A stretch of 20,000 nt of DNA, from assembly GCA_008632985.1 (NCBI GenBank), contig QPGO01000300.1, positions 48,525-68,524 on the forward strand, in the 5' to 3' direction. This DNA is from Psammoneis japonica. Lineage: Eukaryota. This document shows, in pieces, positions 1-10,130 of the stretch. The notes under the pieces were generated by a model. The model did no database searches. It saw only the letters and a program-made list of their open reading frames with translations, and was not told the origin of the DNA. Position numbers and translations under genes: made by a program. Positions within the stretch are counted from its first letter, which is position 1. Each line of letters starts with the position of its first letter.

Positions 1-506
1 GCGTTTGATCGCATGACTGATTGCTCATGTGAGGGGAGGTGCAGCGATTTTGTCATTGTCCATTTAGAGGAGGATGCAATGGAAGAATTGGGTTGGAGAT
101 CGTTTTGGCGCTGAGTTTCCATTGGAGGTGCATGGTGCATGGATGCAAACTTCTGACCTGTGGTGATTGATGTTCGTGCATGATTCTGCATGGTTGAAAG
201 TTTCAAATGCAATGATCCAGTTGCATGTCGAAATCATCATTGACATTTAATTGTGCAATTGGTCACTTGAACTGAAATGAATGTAACCAAGCATGTGGTT
301 TTCCAAGTTAAATGACAAAAATTAGCAAACATGATGATTTGGGGAAGATTTGACAGTTGACAATGCATGAGGATGGGAAGGCAGCATCGCCATAAAGTGT
401 CAGGAACAGGTTTGAAATTTTGCAAAGACAATCTTCCTCGTAAGAGCTGTTCCACTGCACGATTGCAGACAGGAGGAACTGACAGCGACACAATGAGTCA
501 AGGGCG

Positions 507-1778
507 ATGGGAAGGAGGAAGAAAGTGGCTAAGATGGATGCTGCAGGGGCAGAGGGAGCGCCCCACAGCCCGAGGCTTACGGCGGCATTGCAGCGGTCGG
601 GGGCTGTGGCGGATCACAAGTCACCAAAGAGAGAGGTGGAAGAGGTGGCACGGAGAGAGCTGTTCCCAAAGGCGAAATTCCTTGTGAAGGCGGACATGGC
701 GAGTGGTGGCAAGGTGTCAAGGCCAACACGCAAAAACACAGCAGATGGCAAGTTCAGCAAGTGCGAATGGGTGGGATCATGGGAGGACTGGGCTAAAAAA
801 AGCGTGCTCAATGCGATCAATGCAAAAAGAAACACCGTGTGTCAGACGACAATGAGGAGTGCAATGAGTGGCAAGTGAGGAGGAATGGAGCATTTCCAAA
901 GCGAGAGTGGAAAGTGGTGCTGCCAATGAATTGCTCGTTTTTCTGCAGTCATTGCAACAGAAAAACAAGCAGAGGAAATCCGAGACAAAAGATGCGTTCC
1001 AGCCCTGGGTGGGAGCTCGTAGCACTGACGTGTGACACAAATAATTTTCATCATCCGTCGCATGTTTCGTGCGCACATTTCCACGTGTGACATTTAAAAA
1101 AAATTGTCCAGACTTGCTGTTTTGCGAAGCCCCAGACGTTTTACATGACGCATTTGTGGAAACAACAATGCGCCAGCTACATTCTTCAATGTCTGAAGAA
1201 TGCAACTGGCCAAGTAAAAATTGATGCACTTCAATNAAATTCACGAAGAGTGCTGCGATGTGGAGGAGGATGGCAGAGTCCGGAAGCACCAAGGCCACAG
1301 ATCTGTCTGCTGCAAGCGACGAGGCACTGGCCCTGTTGATGATGGAAAACTGCTGAAAGGTTTGGGAGTGCAAGAAGATGCAGGAGCCAGATGAGGAAGG
1401 GAGCAAAGAGGAAAAACCGGCTCCATTGCACACGGACCCGTCGCAACAGCATGACTCTTGGAAGGATGAGAAACAAAGCGCTTCAACAAATTGCCAAAGG
1501 AGGTAAAGGAAGACAGGGCGAGAGAGCAAGGTGTGCATTTCGACACGTGGCACACAGACAAAAAGAAAAAGGAGAGCAAAGAAAAGGGAAAAAAGGCAAG
1601 AACCACTCAAGAGCCAGTGAAAACAGAGACAAGAACGCAGGCAACATTGGAACTTTCTAGTGACAATGAGGAGGACGATGAAGCAACAGAGACACCAGGT
1701 GGCAGAGAAAATGAGGAGGAAGACGAAGCTGGCCAGGAAGACAGTGACGGAAGCGAAGGAAATGAGACTCCAGTGTGA
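507..1778 (+). pseudogene. Three-exon relic of an uncharacterised protein (SDEAxALLxxEN..W / SW....RFNxL...VxEDR motifs, acidic C-tail); possibly a transposon-associated accessory gene
   Basis: Phase-consistent model: exons 507-870, 949-1008, 1112-1778; introns 871-948 (GCAAGT...CAG) and 1009-1111 (GT...CAG). Exon 3 reads ...SDEALALLMMENC*KVW...PLHT...SWKDE, then a frameshift into KRFNKLPKEVKEDR. It has in-frame TGA stops and a frameshift near 1470-1480. I recall this motif set from unnamed diatom hypothetical proteins but cannot verify it here. Confidence 0.7.
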
Positions 1779-3838
1779 GCAAATTGGAAATGTAGGACGA
1801 CCAGGACTGTGGCATTAACCCAGCATTGATTGATGACAGATGTTAAAAAACTGTGGCGATGCGTCTTGGTTGGTTGAAAAGAGTTGACCAGTTCATTGTG
1901 ATCATCCCTTTAAATTGTAAAACATTGTTGCATGATGTGAAAATTGACAATGATGTTGATCATCAGCAGTTGTGGTGAACAAAGGCACACGCTGATTGGG
2001 AAAAGAGGGGGATGTTTGCATGGTTGAGGTTTGTTCTTACAGACAAAAAGATGTCTCTGTGGTGAAAAAAGATTGACCATCATAGATCAATTTTTTTTGC
2101 CAGCTGCACAACTGATGAGGTTTAAAACCACAAAAATGTTGTCTGTCAAAGAGACAAAATTCACAATGAAAAGACAAAGCCAGATCACTGTGTTGCGCCC
2201 TCTGATGTTTTTTTGGTTTTGCAAAGATGGTTTGAAAACAAAATCAGGGGAGAAGGAGACAGAGCAGGCAAAGTTGTTGACATGCTCATTTGGGGTCTCA
2301 TCTGGGCAGGCATTGGTTGTTCATTTTTTGGGAAGTTTCTTGGCTGTGGCTTGTTTGTGGTGGCAACGAGTGCTTGCTGAGTCAGGCTTGGCTTCTGACA
2401 GCAGCTCAGCATTGTCAGTTTGTTTCACACAGTCATGCAGTTGGTGGCTGGCATTTTTGCACTGGAAGCAACTGTTGCCTGAAGAGGACAGCAGCCCCCA
2501 CTTCACCACCACAACCAAGTGAAACATTCTGAACAAGCAATTTGTCAGATTTGGATTGGCAAAGGCTGCCAACAAACATTGAGTCACAGCAGAAGTGTGC
2601 CAGAGAAAATGGATTTTGTTGACATTTCACAAATTCAGCGAAAAGGTGGCTTGCAGTCAGCCAGGTTGTGTTTTCTTGCCATGCATGACTTTTGATTGCA
2701 CCCTGCTTGTTGCCACCTGCTGCAGAGGAGTGTTTCCTTTCCACTTTGTTTGTGGCATCAATCCAGTGGGGGTGGCTGCATTTGCTCACAGCAGTTGCCA
2801 TGCTGCAAAAAGCCAAGATGCAGCAATTTGGCAGCAGCCACTTGTTTGCATTCTTTGTGTTCAAACCAATTTGTTGCCAATGACAACCATGGCTCAAAGA
2901 GGAAGAACCCAGATGAGTGACAAGACAATCTGACAGCCCAGCCATCCACAAAATCCTGTCACTCTTGACCACATGGCAGATGTGTTTGACCCACTCCATG
3001 GGTGCACACCAGCGGAGATGTTTGCAGGCCATCATTGCACAAGACACCACCGTGGTTGTCCATGACTCACAAACATGCACCAAGTCAACAACTTGGCTTG
3101 TGCAGAAGTTGCAGAAAATTGCATTTTTTTGTGACTGAGGTGAGACTGCCACCAGCAGAGCTTGCTGCTGCTGTCAGCTCACCACAAGCTGGTGGAAAGC
3201 CAGAAATGAACAGAAAATGCAGAGTGGCAGCTGCTCAAAAGCAGAAAACTGTGGTTTTGCTTTCATTTGCAGAGCTTTTGAAACATTTAGAAAATCTCAG
3301 GCACCTGCTCATCCTGCACCACACAGGACATTGATCACTTGCTGCAGTGCAAACTGCTTGCCAAATCAGCACACTTGCAGCATTTTTGTCAATGAAAGCT
3401 TTGATGGACATTGGTGGAGCTGGGCTGGAATCAGCTGGACAAGAATGATTTTGCATGAACAGCAAAGTGCGTGGTGTGTTGGCTTGCACCTCAGTTTGGT
3501 TTTGCCCAAAATGGCAAGGGCAAGGGGGAGCCAACTCACCTTTTTGGGGAACACCCAGAAAATGAGGGGAATTTGTGGGAAGAGACCACTGAAATGGCTC
3601 AGGGGAGGGGAACAAAAAAGAGTGGATTGTTGGAATCCCGCATCAATGCTTGACAGACGGTTGTGCTTCATCCCAAAGACTGGCAAAGTTGTGCATGCAC
3701 CACACACTGAGGGTGACAACCATGACTGAACCGCCGACACATTGACACTAAGTGGCCCCATGCGGCAGAGCACCTTTTGGTGTGGTGCAAAAAAAATTGG
3801 CTTTTCAAGGTGCCATTGAGATGACCAAACTTTGCCAT

Positions 3839-3871
3839 GGACTATGGAGATTCGGAAAACTTGGTCGCACT
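3839..3871 (+). repeat. Left terminal inverted repeat
   Basis: Outer 14 bp and inner 10 bp are identical to the reverse complement of 5681-5712. Confidence 0.9.
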
Positions 3872-3985
3872 GTCCGTCAGTCACCAGGCATCGGAGGTCA
3901 AAATCTGCGGCGATGATGCTCTTTTCGCACCGGTACGAAGAACCGTCATTAAAAGAATAGAAAGAGATTTGTAAGAGATCACATT

Positions 3986-4197
3986 CTACTTTAACATTTG
4001 AAGCACTGGTTTAGACATAAAGCTGCACTGAAACCCCCAAGCAATCCACAAGTCAGCTGTCATTTCAAGATCCTGCCGCTGGTGGATACCACCACTCATC
4101 ATGCCACATGCCTTCATGCGTTTCACGGCTTGTTCATTCGCCGACCGATCACTGGCTACAGCTGCTGAGACAAGAACCGCTTCGCTGGTGAATTTGG
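3986..4197 (-). pseudogene. C-terminal fragment of a DDE transposase (DDE_Tnp_4 / IS4-IS5-like, ISL2EU type)
   Basis: KFTSEAVLVSAAVASDRSANEQAVKRMK fits the FTxExV.....(I/V)ASxRxxxExA(I/V)xRxK pattern (R-x3-E-x6-K, third catalytic Glu; 4112-4147), followed by ...LWIAWGFQCSFMSKPVL. The 5' part is replaced by the minisatellite at ~4197. Confidence 0.7.
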
Positions 4198-5350
4198 GCT
4201 CCAACCGCCGCCATTGCTAGCAGCTATACTCAAATACAGGATACAGCCTCCCACTGCCACCAGTGCTAGTGGGAGCCACATACAGTCTCTAACCGCCGCC
4301 AGCGCTAGCAGCTGTGCAGGATACAGCCTCCCACTGCCACCAGCGCCAGCATCATACAGGGGAACCCACCGCCACCAGATAAAAAGGATAGTAGTGCACA
4401 GGCTCCAACCGCCGCCATTGCTAGCAGCTATACAGGATGCAGCCTCCCACTGCCACCAGTGCCAGCATCATACAGGGGCACCAACCGCCACCAGATAAAA
4501 AAAGATTGTGGTGCACAGGCTCCAACCGCCGCCAGTGCTAGTGGTTATACAGGATACAGCCTCCCACTGCCACCAGTGCTGCAGCAGTAGCACACAGGCT
4601 CCTACTGCCACCAGTGCTAGCAGCAAAAGGCTCCAACCGCCATAAGGCTCCAACCGCCTCGATTGCTACCAGTGCACAGGCTCCAACCGCCGCTAGTGCT
4701 AGCAAATATACAGGATACAGGCTCACACTGCCACCAGTGCTACAGCAGTAGCACACAGGCTACTACTGCCACCAGTTCTAGCAGCAAAAGGCTCCAACTG
4801 CCTCAAGTGCCAGTAGTGTACATGATCCCACCGCCACCAGTGCTACAGCAGTAGCGATGTATACAGGCTCCCACTGCAACCACTGGCCAGTAGCAAAAAA
4901 GCTCCAACCACCACCAGTGCCAGCAGCATACAGAAGCATCCACCACCACCACATAATAAGGCTCCAACCGCCTCGATTGCTACCAGTACACAGGCTCCAA
5001 CCGCCGCTAGTGCTAGCAAATATACAGGGTGCAGGCTCACACCGCCACCAGTGCTACAGCAGCAGCACACAGGCTACTACTGCCACCAATTCTAGCAGCA
5101 AAAGGCTCCAACTGCCTCAAGTGCCAGTAGTATACATGATCCCACCGCCATCAGTGCTACAGTAGTAGCGATATACAGGCTCCCACTGCCCACTGCAACC
5201 ACTGGCTAGTGGCAAAAAAGCTCTAACCACCACCAGTGCCAGCATCATACAGGGCTGCCAACCACCACCAGATAAAAAGGACAGTAGTACACAGGCTCCA
5301 ACCGCCGCCTGTGCAAAAGCAGTAAAAGGCTCCTGCCGCCGCCAGTGCTA
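4197..5350. repeat. Degenerate minisatellite, ~33-42 bp monomer (core CAGGCTCC(A/C)AC(C/T)GCC(A/G)CCAGTGCTAGCAGC), with ~117-bp and 314-bp higher-order units
   Basis: The core recurs at about 4197, 4246, 4284, 4325, 4401, 4440, 4518, 4557, 4597, 4629, 4679, 4720, 4758, 4790, 4866 and onward. 4401 vs 4518 gives a 117-bp period; 4642-4933 vs 4956-5252 gives a 314-bp period. Confidence 0.92.
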
Positions 5351-5680
5351 CCACATTCAGCCCTGCCATAATAGTCCAGTCCATAAATCATAAATTCATG
5401 TTGAAAACAACACCTTCAGAGACGCCACCAATGAGACAGATCTCTTTCAAACTTTCCAACACACATTGTCACATGTAGAAGCATATACTGTGGTATGGCT
5501 ACGGGAACGTACTGAAAACGCCGCCGCCGCCGCATCATCATCGTGAAAGTGCCGTTTGCGTTGGCCTCACGCAAATTTGAATGAGCTGATTGGTGCAACT
5601 GCCATTTCAGTATCGCCCCACGTAACATTACGTACGTGGAATCCTACATATGTTTGGTAAACGCATGGAAGGACAGGCCG

Positions 5681-5712
5681 AGTGCGACCATTTTTTCAAA
5701 TCTCCATAGTCC
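5681..5712 (-). repeat. Right terminal inverted repeat
   Basis: AGTGCGACCATTTTTTCAAATCTCCATAGTCC, the reverse complement of the left TIR with a variable A-rich middle. Confidence 0.9.
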
Positions 5713-6013
5713 ATTGTTTTCACCGTGTGGGTCGCCTTGCCAAAAAAAGCTCAATTTGCAGTGCTGTTTTGCAGTGTGGCTTTGTGAATGTTGACAAACA
5801 CAACTGCAAAAAGCGCGCTTTGAATGAAGCATTTTGGCAAAATGGCACATCACATGATTTTGTCATGTGCTTTGTCACTGAATTCTGAAAAATGTGTGTG
5901 AAAAACACCCACATCATTTGACAATGTGCAAAATTTTTTGACCGCATCGAAAGGTGAGGAAAGAACAATCTTTGCCATCAAATCATCCATGTTGACATTG
6001 CTCATGTCTGGCT

Positions 6014-6435
6014 CTTTTTTTGCCTTGGCCTTTGCTCTAGATCCCTTTTGGTTTGCACTTGTCACCACACAACACAAGAGGGAAAACATGATCCACTGCA
6101 TTCTGCAAATGAGACAGGTCAAAGGAAAGCACAAAAAATGATCCACTGCACTCTGCATGTGAGACAGGTCAAAGGAGAGAACAAACATCATCACTCAATC
6201 AGCCACATTTTGTTGGCCATGTGAAGCTCTGCTTTTGCCTTGGCCTTCACTCCAGGTGCCTTGTGGCTTGCATTTGTGGCTGCAAAACACCAGAGTGATG
6301 CCAAATGATCCACTTCATTTTGCACATGAGATGCATCAATTGGAAGAACAAGAATGAGCAATCAATCCACCATGATTTTGTTGGCAATGCATCTTTCTGC
6401 TTTTGCCTTGGACTTTGCTGTGGATGCCACATGGC
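6014..6435. repeat. Degenerate tandem duplications (50-bp pair nested in three ~170-215 bp units); probably duplicated exon+intron units of a minus-strand relic
   Basis: ATGATCCACTGCA.TCTGCA..TGAGACAGGTCAAAGGA at 6088 and 6138, with a diverged copy at 6305. TTTTGCCTTGG(C/A)CTT at ~6017, ~6233 and ~6401. The minus strand reads repeated ..KAKAK(A/K)E.. peptides separated by pyrimidine-rich, TCTCAC-containing intron-like DNA. Confidence 0.65.
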
Positions 6436-6949
6436 TTGCATTTGTGATCACATGACAAAGAACAAGTGCAATGATCTGTCAATGCACCAGCTTTCTGATC
6501 AACATCATTCGCTGCACTTCTGTTTCATTTTGTCTTTTGCACTGCAGGTTGCAATGTTGTTCCCAACATTGACTGGTGTCATTGTTGTTTTGACAAAAGC
6601 CGTGTCATGAATGGGGCGCGAATGCACCATGGTGTGTTGCCCATTTTTGTTCTTCCAGCCGGTCGACCGTTGATTTGCACCTTCATCTGCTGTGTGGTTC
6701 CACACGTGTGCCGGCATGTAGAATGTGCAGAAATGTGCAAGAGAGGAAGCACAGGAATTGCCAATGTGTCATTTTTCATCCATGCATCGAGCGCACATGT
6801 GACAAAGCATCATCTGTGCTTTTTCTCCAGGAGCTCATGCTTCCCATGAAAAAACACGGCAAAAAGTGGTGTTTCCGGGGAATTTCAGGGAGCCCCGCTG
6901 CAAAACCAAACCAAGGTTTGCTCTGACACAGAAGGGAGTGTTCATTGTT

Positions 6950-8363
6950 TGTGACAGCTGCTGTCACATCGGAGACATCCATTTTTGCATTTGGCGGGCA
7001 AAGGATTCTTCATGATCAGCAGTGGCAAGGGCAACCTTTGGCAGAGCACTGGCCAATGCTCTCTGGCATCTCTGGCAGTTGCCTGCAATGTCAGCTTGAA
7101 AACCTCTTTGCCCTGATTCCTTTCAACAGGCAGAAGATGACAAGACAGCCATCAGTGCCCAGATCATGCATGGTGTCTGCAACCAGATGCAGCCATGTTT
7201 TCCCACTTGATTCAACCAAATTGTTGCAAGCCATCTCACAAAGAGTGACAAAACACAGCAAACAAGACTTCACGGAAAGGTGCGGAATTTGCACACAACT
7301 CCGTGGCCAAAAGAGGGAGTCACAAAACATGATGATCACGTGACAACAAGAAAATTTGAGTTCACACTCTGAATTCACATTGCAACGTACGTTCTCATTC
7401 CCTGTCACTTTGCGGAGTGAGCATGTTCCGATGCCTCAATCCATGCTCCACAAAAGGCATTTTTTCATTGCACTCCGATTGCCAACCCATTTCCTGCACT
7501 CCGTTAAACACATTCCACACAAGGAACGGAGTCGACATTTGATGCAACATGGAATGCACTGTGCCACTGCCAAAAGGGGAAAATGGAATGCTGTGTGGAA
7601 CATGTCGAGCATGTGGCAAATGCAATGCTGTCGGAACAGTGTGGCACCTGTGGTCCATCTGCTGCAACAGCCAGCTCTAGAGAGAGCAGAGTTGTCCTGT
7701 GCCTCGGCGAGCCTCTGAGTCATCCTTTGCTTGCTGCACTCACCAAATCACAAGACTTCATTGAAAAGCAACAATCCAATCTTATGACACACGAAGATGA
7801 CCTCGTGTGTGCCGAGTTCTCATTGCTTGGTGCTGGGCGCATGTTGACATTCACTCTTCATTCTTGTCCACCAAGTCTTGACAGAGTGTGCCGGGGACCA
7901 GCAGTGGCTCGGGCATTTCTGCACTTCTGAAGACAAGCTTGCAAGTCTGAGAGAAAAACAATGGCAGAAGAATGAGATGATGTGAGCAAAGAACATGAAA
8001 ATGCATGGCGACACACTGCACAGAACATCCCCAGAAATCTCGGCACTCACCCTCAAACATGATTCTGAAAAATGACACGACGAATTCGACAATGGCACTT
8101 CTCAAGCTGCTGGCATCAATGAACAGAGTTTGCTGCAATGGAGTGCCTCACACTGCCACAACGTTGCAGCCACACTCGGTGCTCATGAAATGAAGAGGCT
8201 CTCTGTGACAAAATGAAAATGAAAAGAACAGTGAGTGGTTCAGAAAATTTGAATGAAAATTGAAGCGTTCAGCTGATGTCCTCAAACATGCCATCAAGCA
8301 AGAGTGGATTGGTGCCCCCTCCACCTCCTCTTGATGCTGGTTTTCCTCAGCATTGTCATTCAT
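6950..8363 (-). pseudogene. Relic of an unknown intron-containing gene (3' end uncertain)
   Basis: ATG at 8363 (MNDNAEENQHQEEVEG). Intron-like 8291-8203 (GCATGT...CTCAC...TTTTGTCACAG) and 8050-7947 (GTGAGT...CTCAC...TTTTCTCTCAG). Frames are broken by TGA stops and no domain is recognised. Confidence 0.45.
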
Positions 8364-8835
8364 TGATGCACTCAACTTGTGCAAGATTTTTGAGAAGTGG
8401 AAGTGCAGAGAGGAAAAAGACGCCAATGCAAAAACTTGCTCCAGCATCAATTTGCATGCACGCTGCCAATTCCAAAAAATGCATGGAATTTCATGACAGT
8501 TTTCTCCACACTTTCAAGCAAAGAGTCCACATTTCTTAATGTCAAATGCATCCACATGGTGCATGAGAGATGATCCACACATGTTTGTTGCTGAACAGCT
8601 CTGCTGCGGAGCTCACACACAGAATTCTGTGGACCAATGTCCAATCCAGGACCAGCCCTGGGTGAAATGACATTTGCCCATGGAGAACTTTGTGTGAGTT
8701 CTTCAACTCCATGTTTCAGTCAATGAACATGCTTGTCTTTAAACTCTGAACAAACAAACAATTTTGCAGTGTGGTTGTGCCTCCAAATGCTTCAAGCTGC
8801 ACCTGCCCCATGCAATTTTCAAGACATTGAAAAAG

Positions 8836-10130
8836 TCAAAAGTTGTTGAACAGATTGCTTGTCAATTGAACTGCCCAGCAGCACAAAATGTTGCCAAAGT
8901 CAGGTGGAGACATGCTTGTGCAACATGCGATGTGATCCAAACAACTGTCAGTGTTGCAGCTCAGCAGCGCAAGGTCCCACCCAGAGCTGAAGCACATTTG
9001 AGAGAGTGCTGCATCTCCACTTTGTGGTTGACACATGAGCTGCTCCCCGCCAACAAGATTGCACATCAATTTGATTTGGTGCATCCTTGCCTGTTGCATT
9101 GCTGGGTGCAATGAAGGAGCAGATCAAAGGATGCTCCAGCAAAGATGATGAGCTGCCAGCAAAACTTTGCCAAAATGTTTGAACATTGCATCTGCATGAG
9201 TCTGGTCTCACACATTTGACACAAGGCAGAGCACATGTTCCTCTTGTTCCACCTTGCCCTCATTGACATTTGTCCTCTCATTGCAGCGCACCTGGCAGAT
9301 CTCATCTGCAAATCACCCCCTTGATCACAGACTTGTGACAACAGATTCAGCCATGGGTGTTTTCAACTGACAAGACAAAACAGGTCACAGGATGTTCCTG
9401 CGTGTTCAAAAAATCTTTCAATGCTCCCCTTGCTCTGATGGAGAGCAGTGTGCACAGTCATGGAATGGTGCATGTGTCCCACAGCACAGAAAGACAATCA
9501 TCAGTTGCCCTGGGGGAAGGTGAGAAGATGCTGAGATCCATCCAACTTGGAACAAACTCATCTCAACAACAGGATTCTTAGAAAAGGCATGAACAACCCC
9601 TTCTTCAACAGTGAGGGGGCAGGCATCACTGGGTGTTCTTCATTGCTTGAGTCGCTGGGCATGATGTGGTCAATGATGTTGGGAAGTGGGTTTTTCCACT
9701 GCCCTTTTGAGAGCAAAGCAAATGATGATGCCACCTCCTTGCCTTCACAAGCACCTTTGACAAATGCCGCATGTTTGCCAACCTTAAAACTGTGGTGCTT
9801 GATCCCAAACAAAGGTGCTTGGCAGACAATCACAACATCTTGGTTGACAGGAAGTGAAGCAAGCAAAGGAAGTCTCAAAACAGGTGCACAGCACTGACAT
9901 GCAGGGATGCACATGAGAAAAGGAAATGCCAGCTTGAGCGAAGTGACAACATGACAACATTGATGCAATGCTGCCCCTGCATGATTTTCTCCCTTGAGGT
10001 GTGGCTCCATGGCATGATGGTGGTGCACAAAGCTGACATTCATCAAATGCTTTGTTCTTTGTGGCATGCCCAGTTGAACATTGGCCGGTGCAACAGATTT
10101 CAAAACAGACAGATTTCTGCCCTTTGGAGC
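8836..10130 (-). pseudogene. Unidentified coding relic directly downstream of, and possibly fused to, the NRPS E domain
   Basis: Protein-like frames continue from the E domain with no obvious intergenic gap: 9558..10103, then DEFVPSWMDLSIFSPSPRATDDCLSVLWDTCTIP*LCTLLSIRARGALKDFLNTQEHPVTCFVLSVE..., then 8948..9211 and 8836..9111. Interrupted by TGA stops and frameshifts. Confidence 0.4.

Larger units (their letters stand above)
3839..5712 (-). mobile_element. Non-autonomous TIR DNA transposon, ISL2EU-like (PIF/Harbinger-IS5 / PHIS group), 1874 bp, internal deletion derivative
   Basis: TIRs GGACTATGGAGATT-CGGAAAACT-TGGTCGCACT (3839-3871) and the reverse complement at 5681-5712. Flanked by AT on both sides (3837-38, 5713-14). 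Carries a transposase C-terminal fragment. The boundaries coincide exactly with the switch from TA-free to TA-containing DNA. Confidence 0.85.

Noticed and set aside
777..1610. 277-aa minus-strand ORF
   Set aside because: Antisense shadow of the purine-rich 507-1778 relic; low-complexity Phe/Leu/Ser composition.
2030..3830. Possible further minus-strand gene relic (ORFs 2433..3152, 3235..3615, 3366..3884)
   Set aside because: No recognisable motif or consistent exon model; long ORFs are expected by chance in TA-free DNA. Left unannotated.
4214..5165. Pro/Ala/Thr-rich protein encoded by the repeat array
   Set aside because: Monomer lengths do not keep frame, and the ORFs are short, overlapping and interrupted in all frames.
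4197..5350. CRISPR-like or guide-RNA array
   Set aside because: The inter-core sequences are themselves repeated and homologous rather than unique spacers, unit length varies, the context is eukaryotic, and no cas-like genes are present.
5416..5628. ORF near the right TIR as a transposase N-terminus or second PHIS ORF
   Set aside because: No THAP, Myb or HTH motif is recognisable; the poly-Arg comes from a (CCG)n run.
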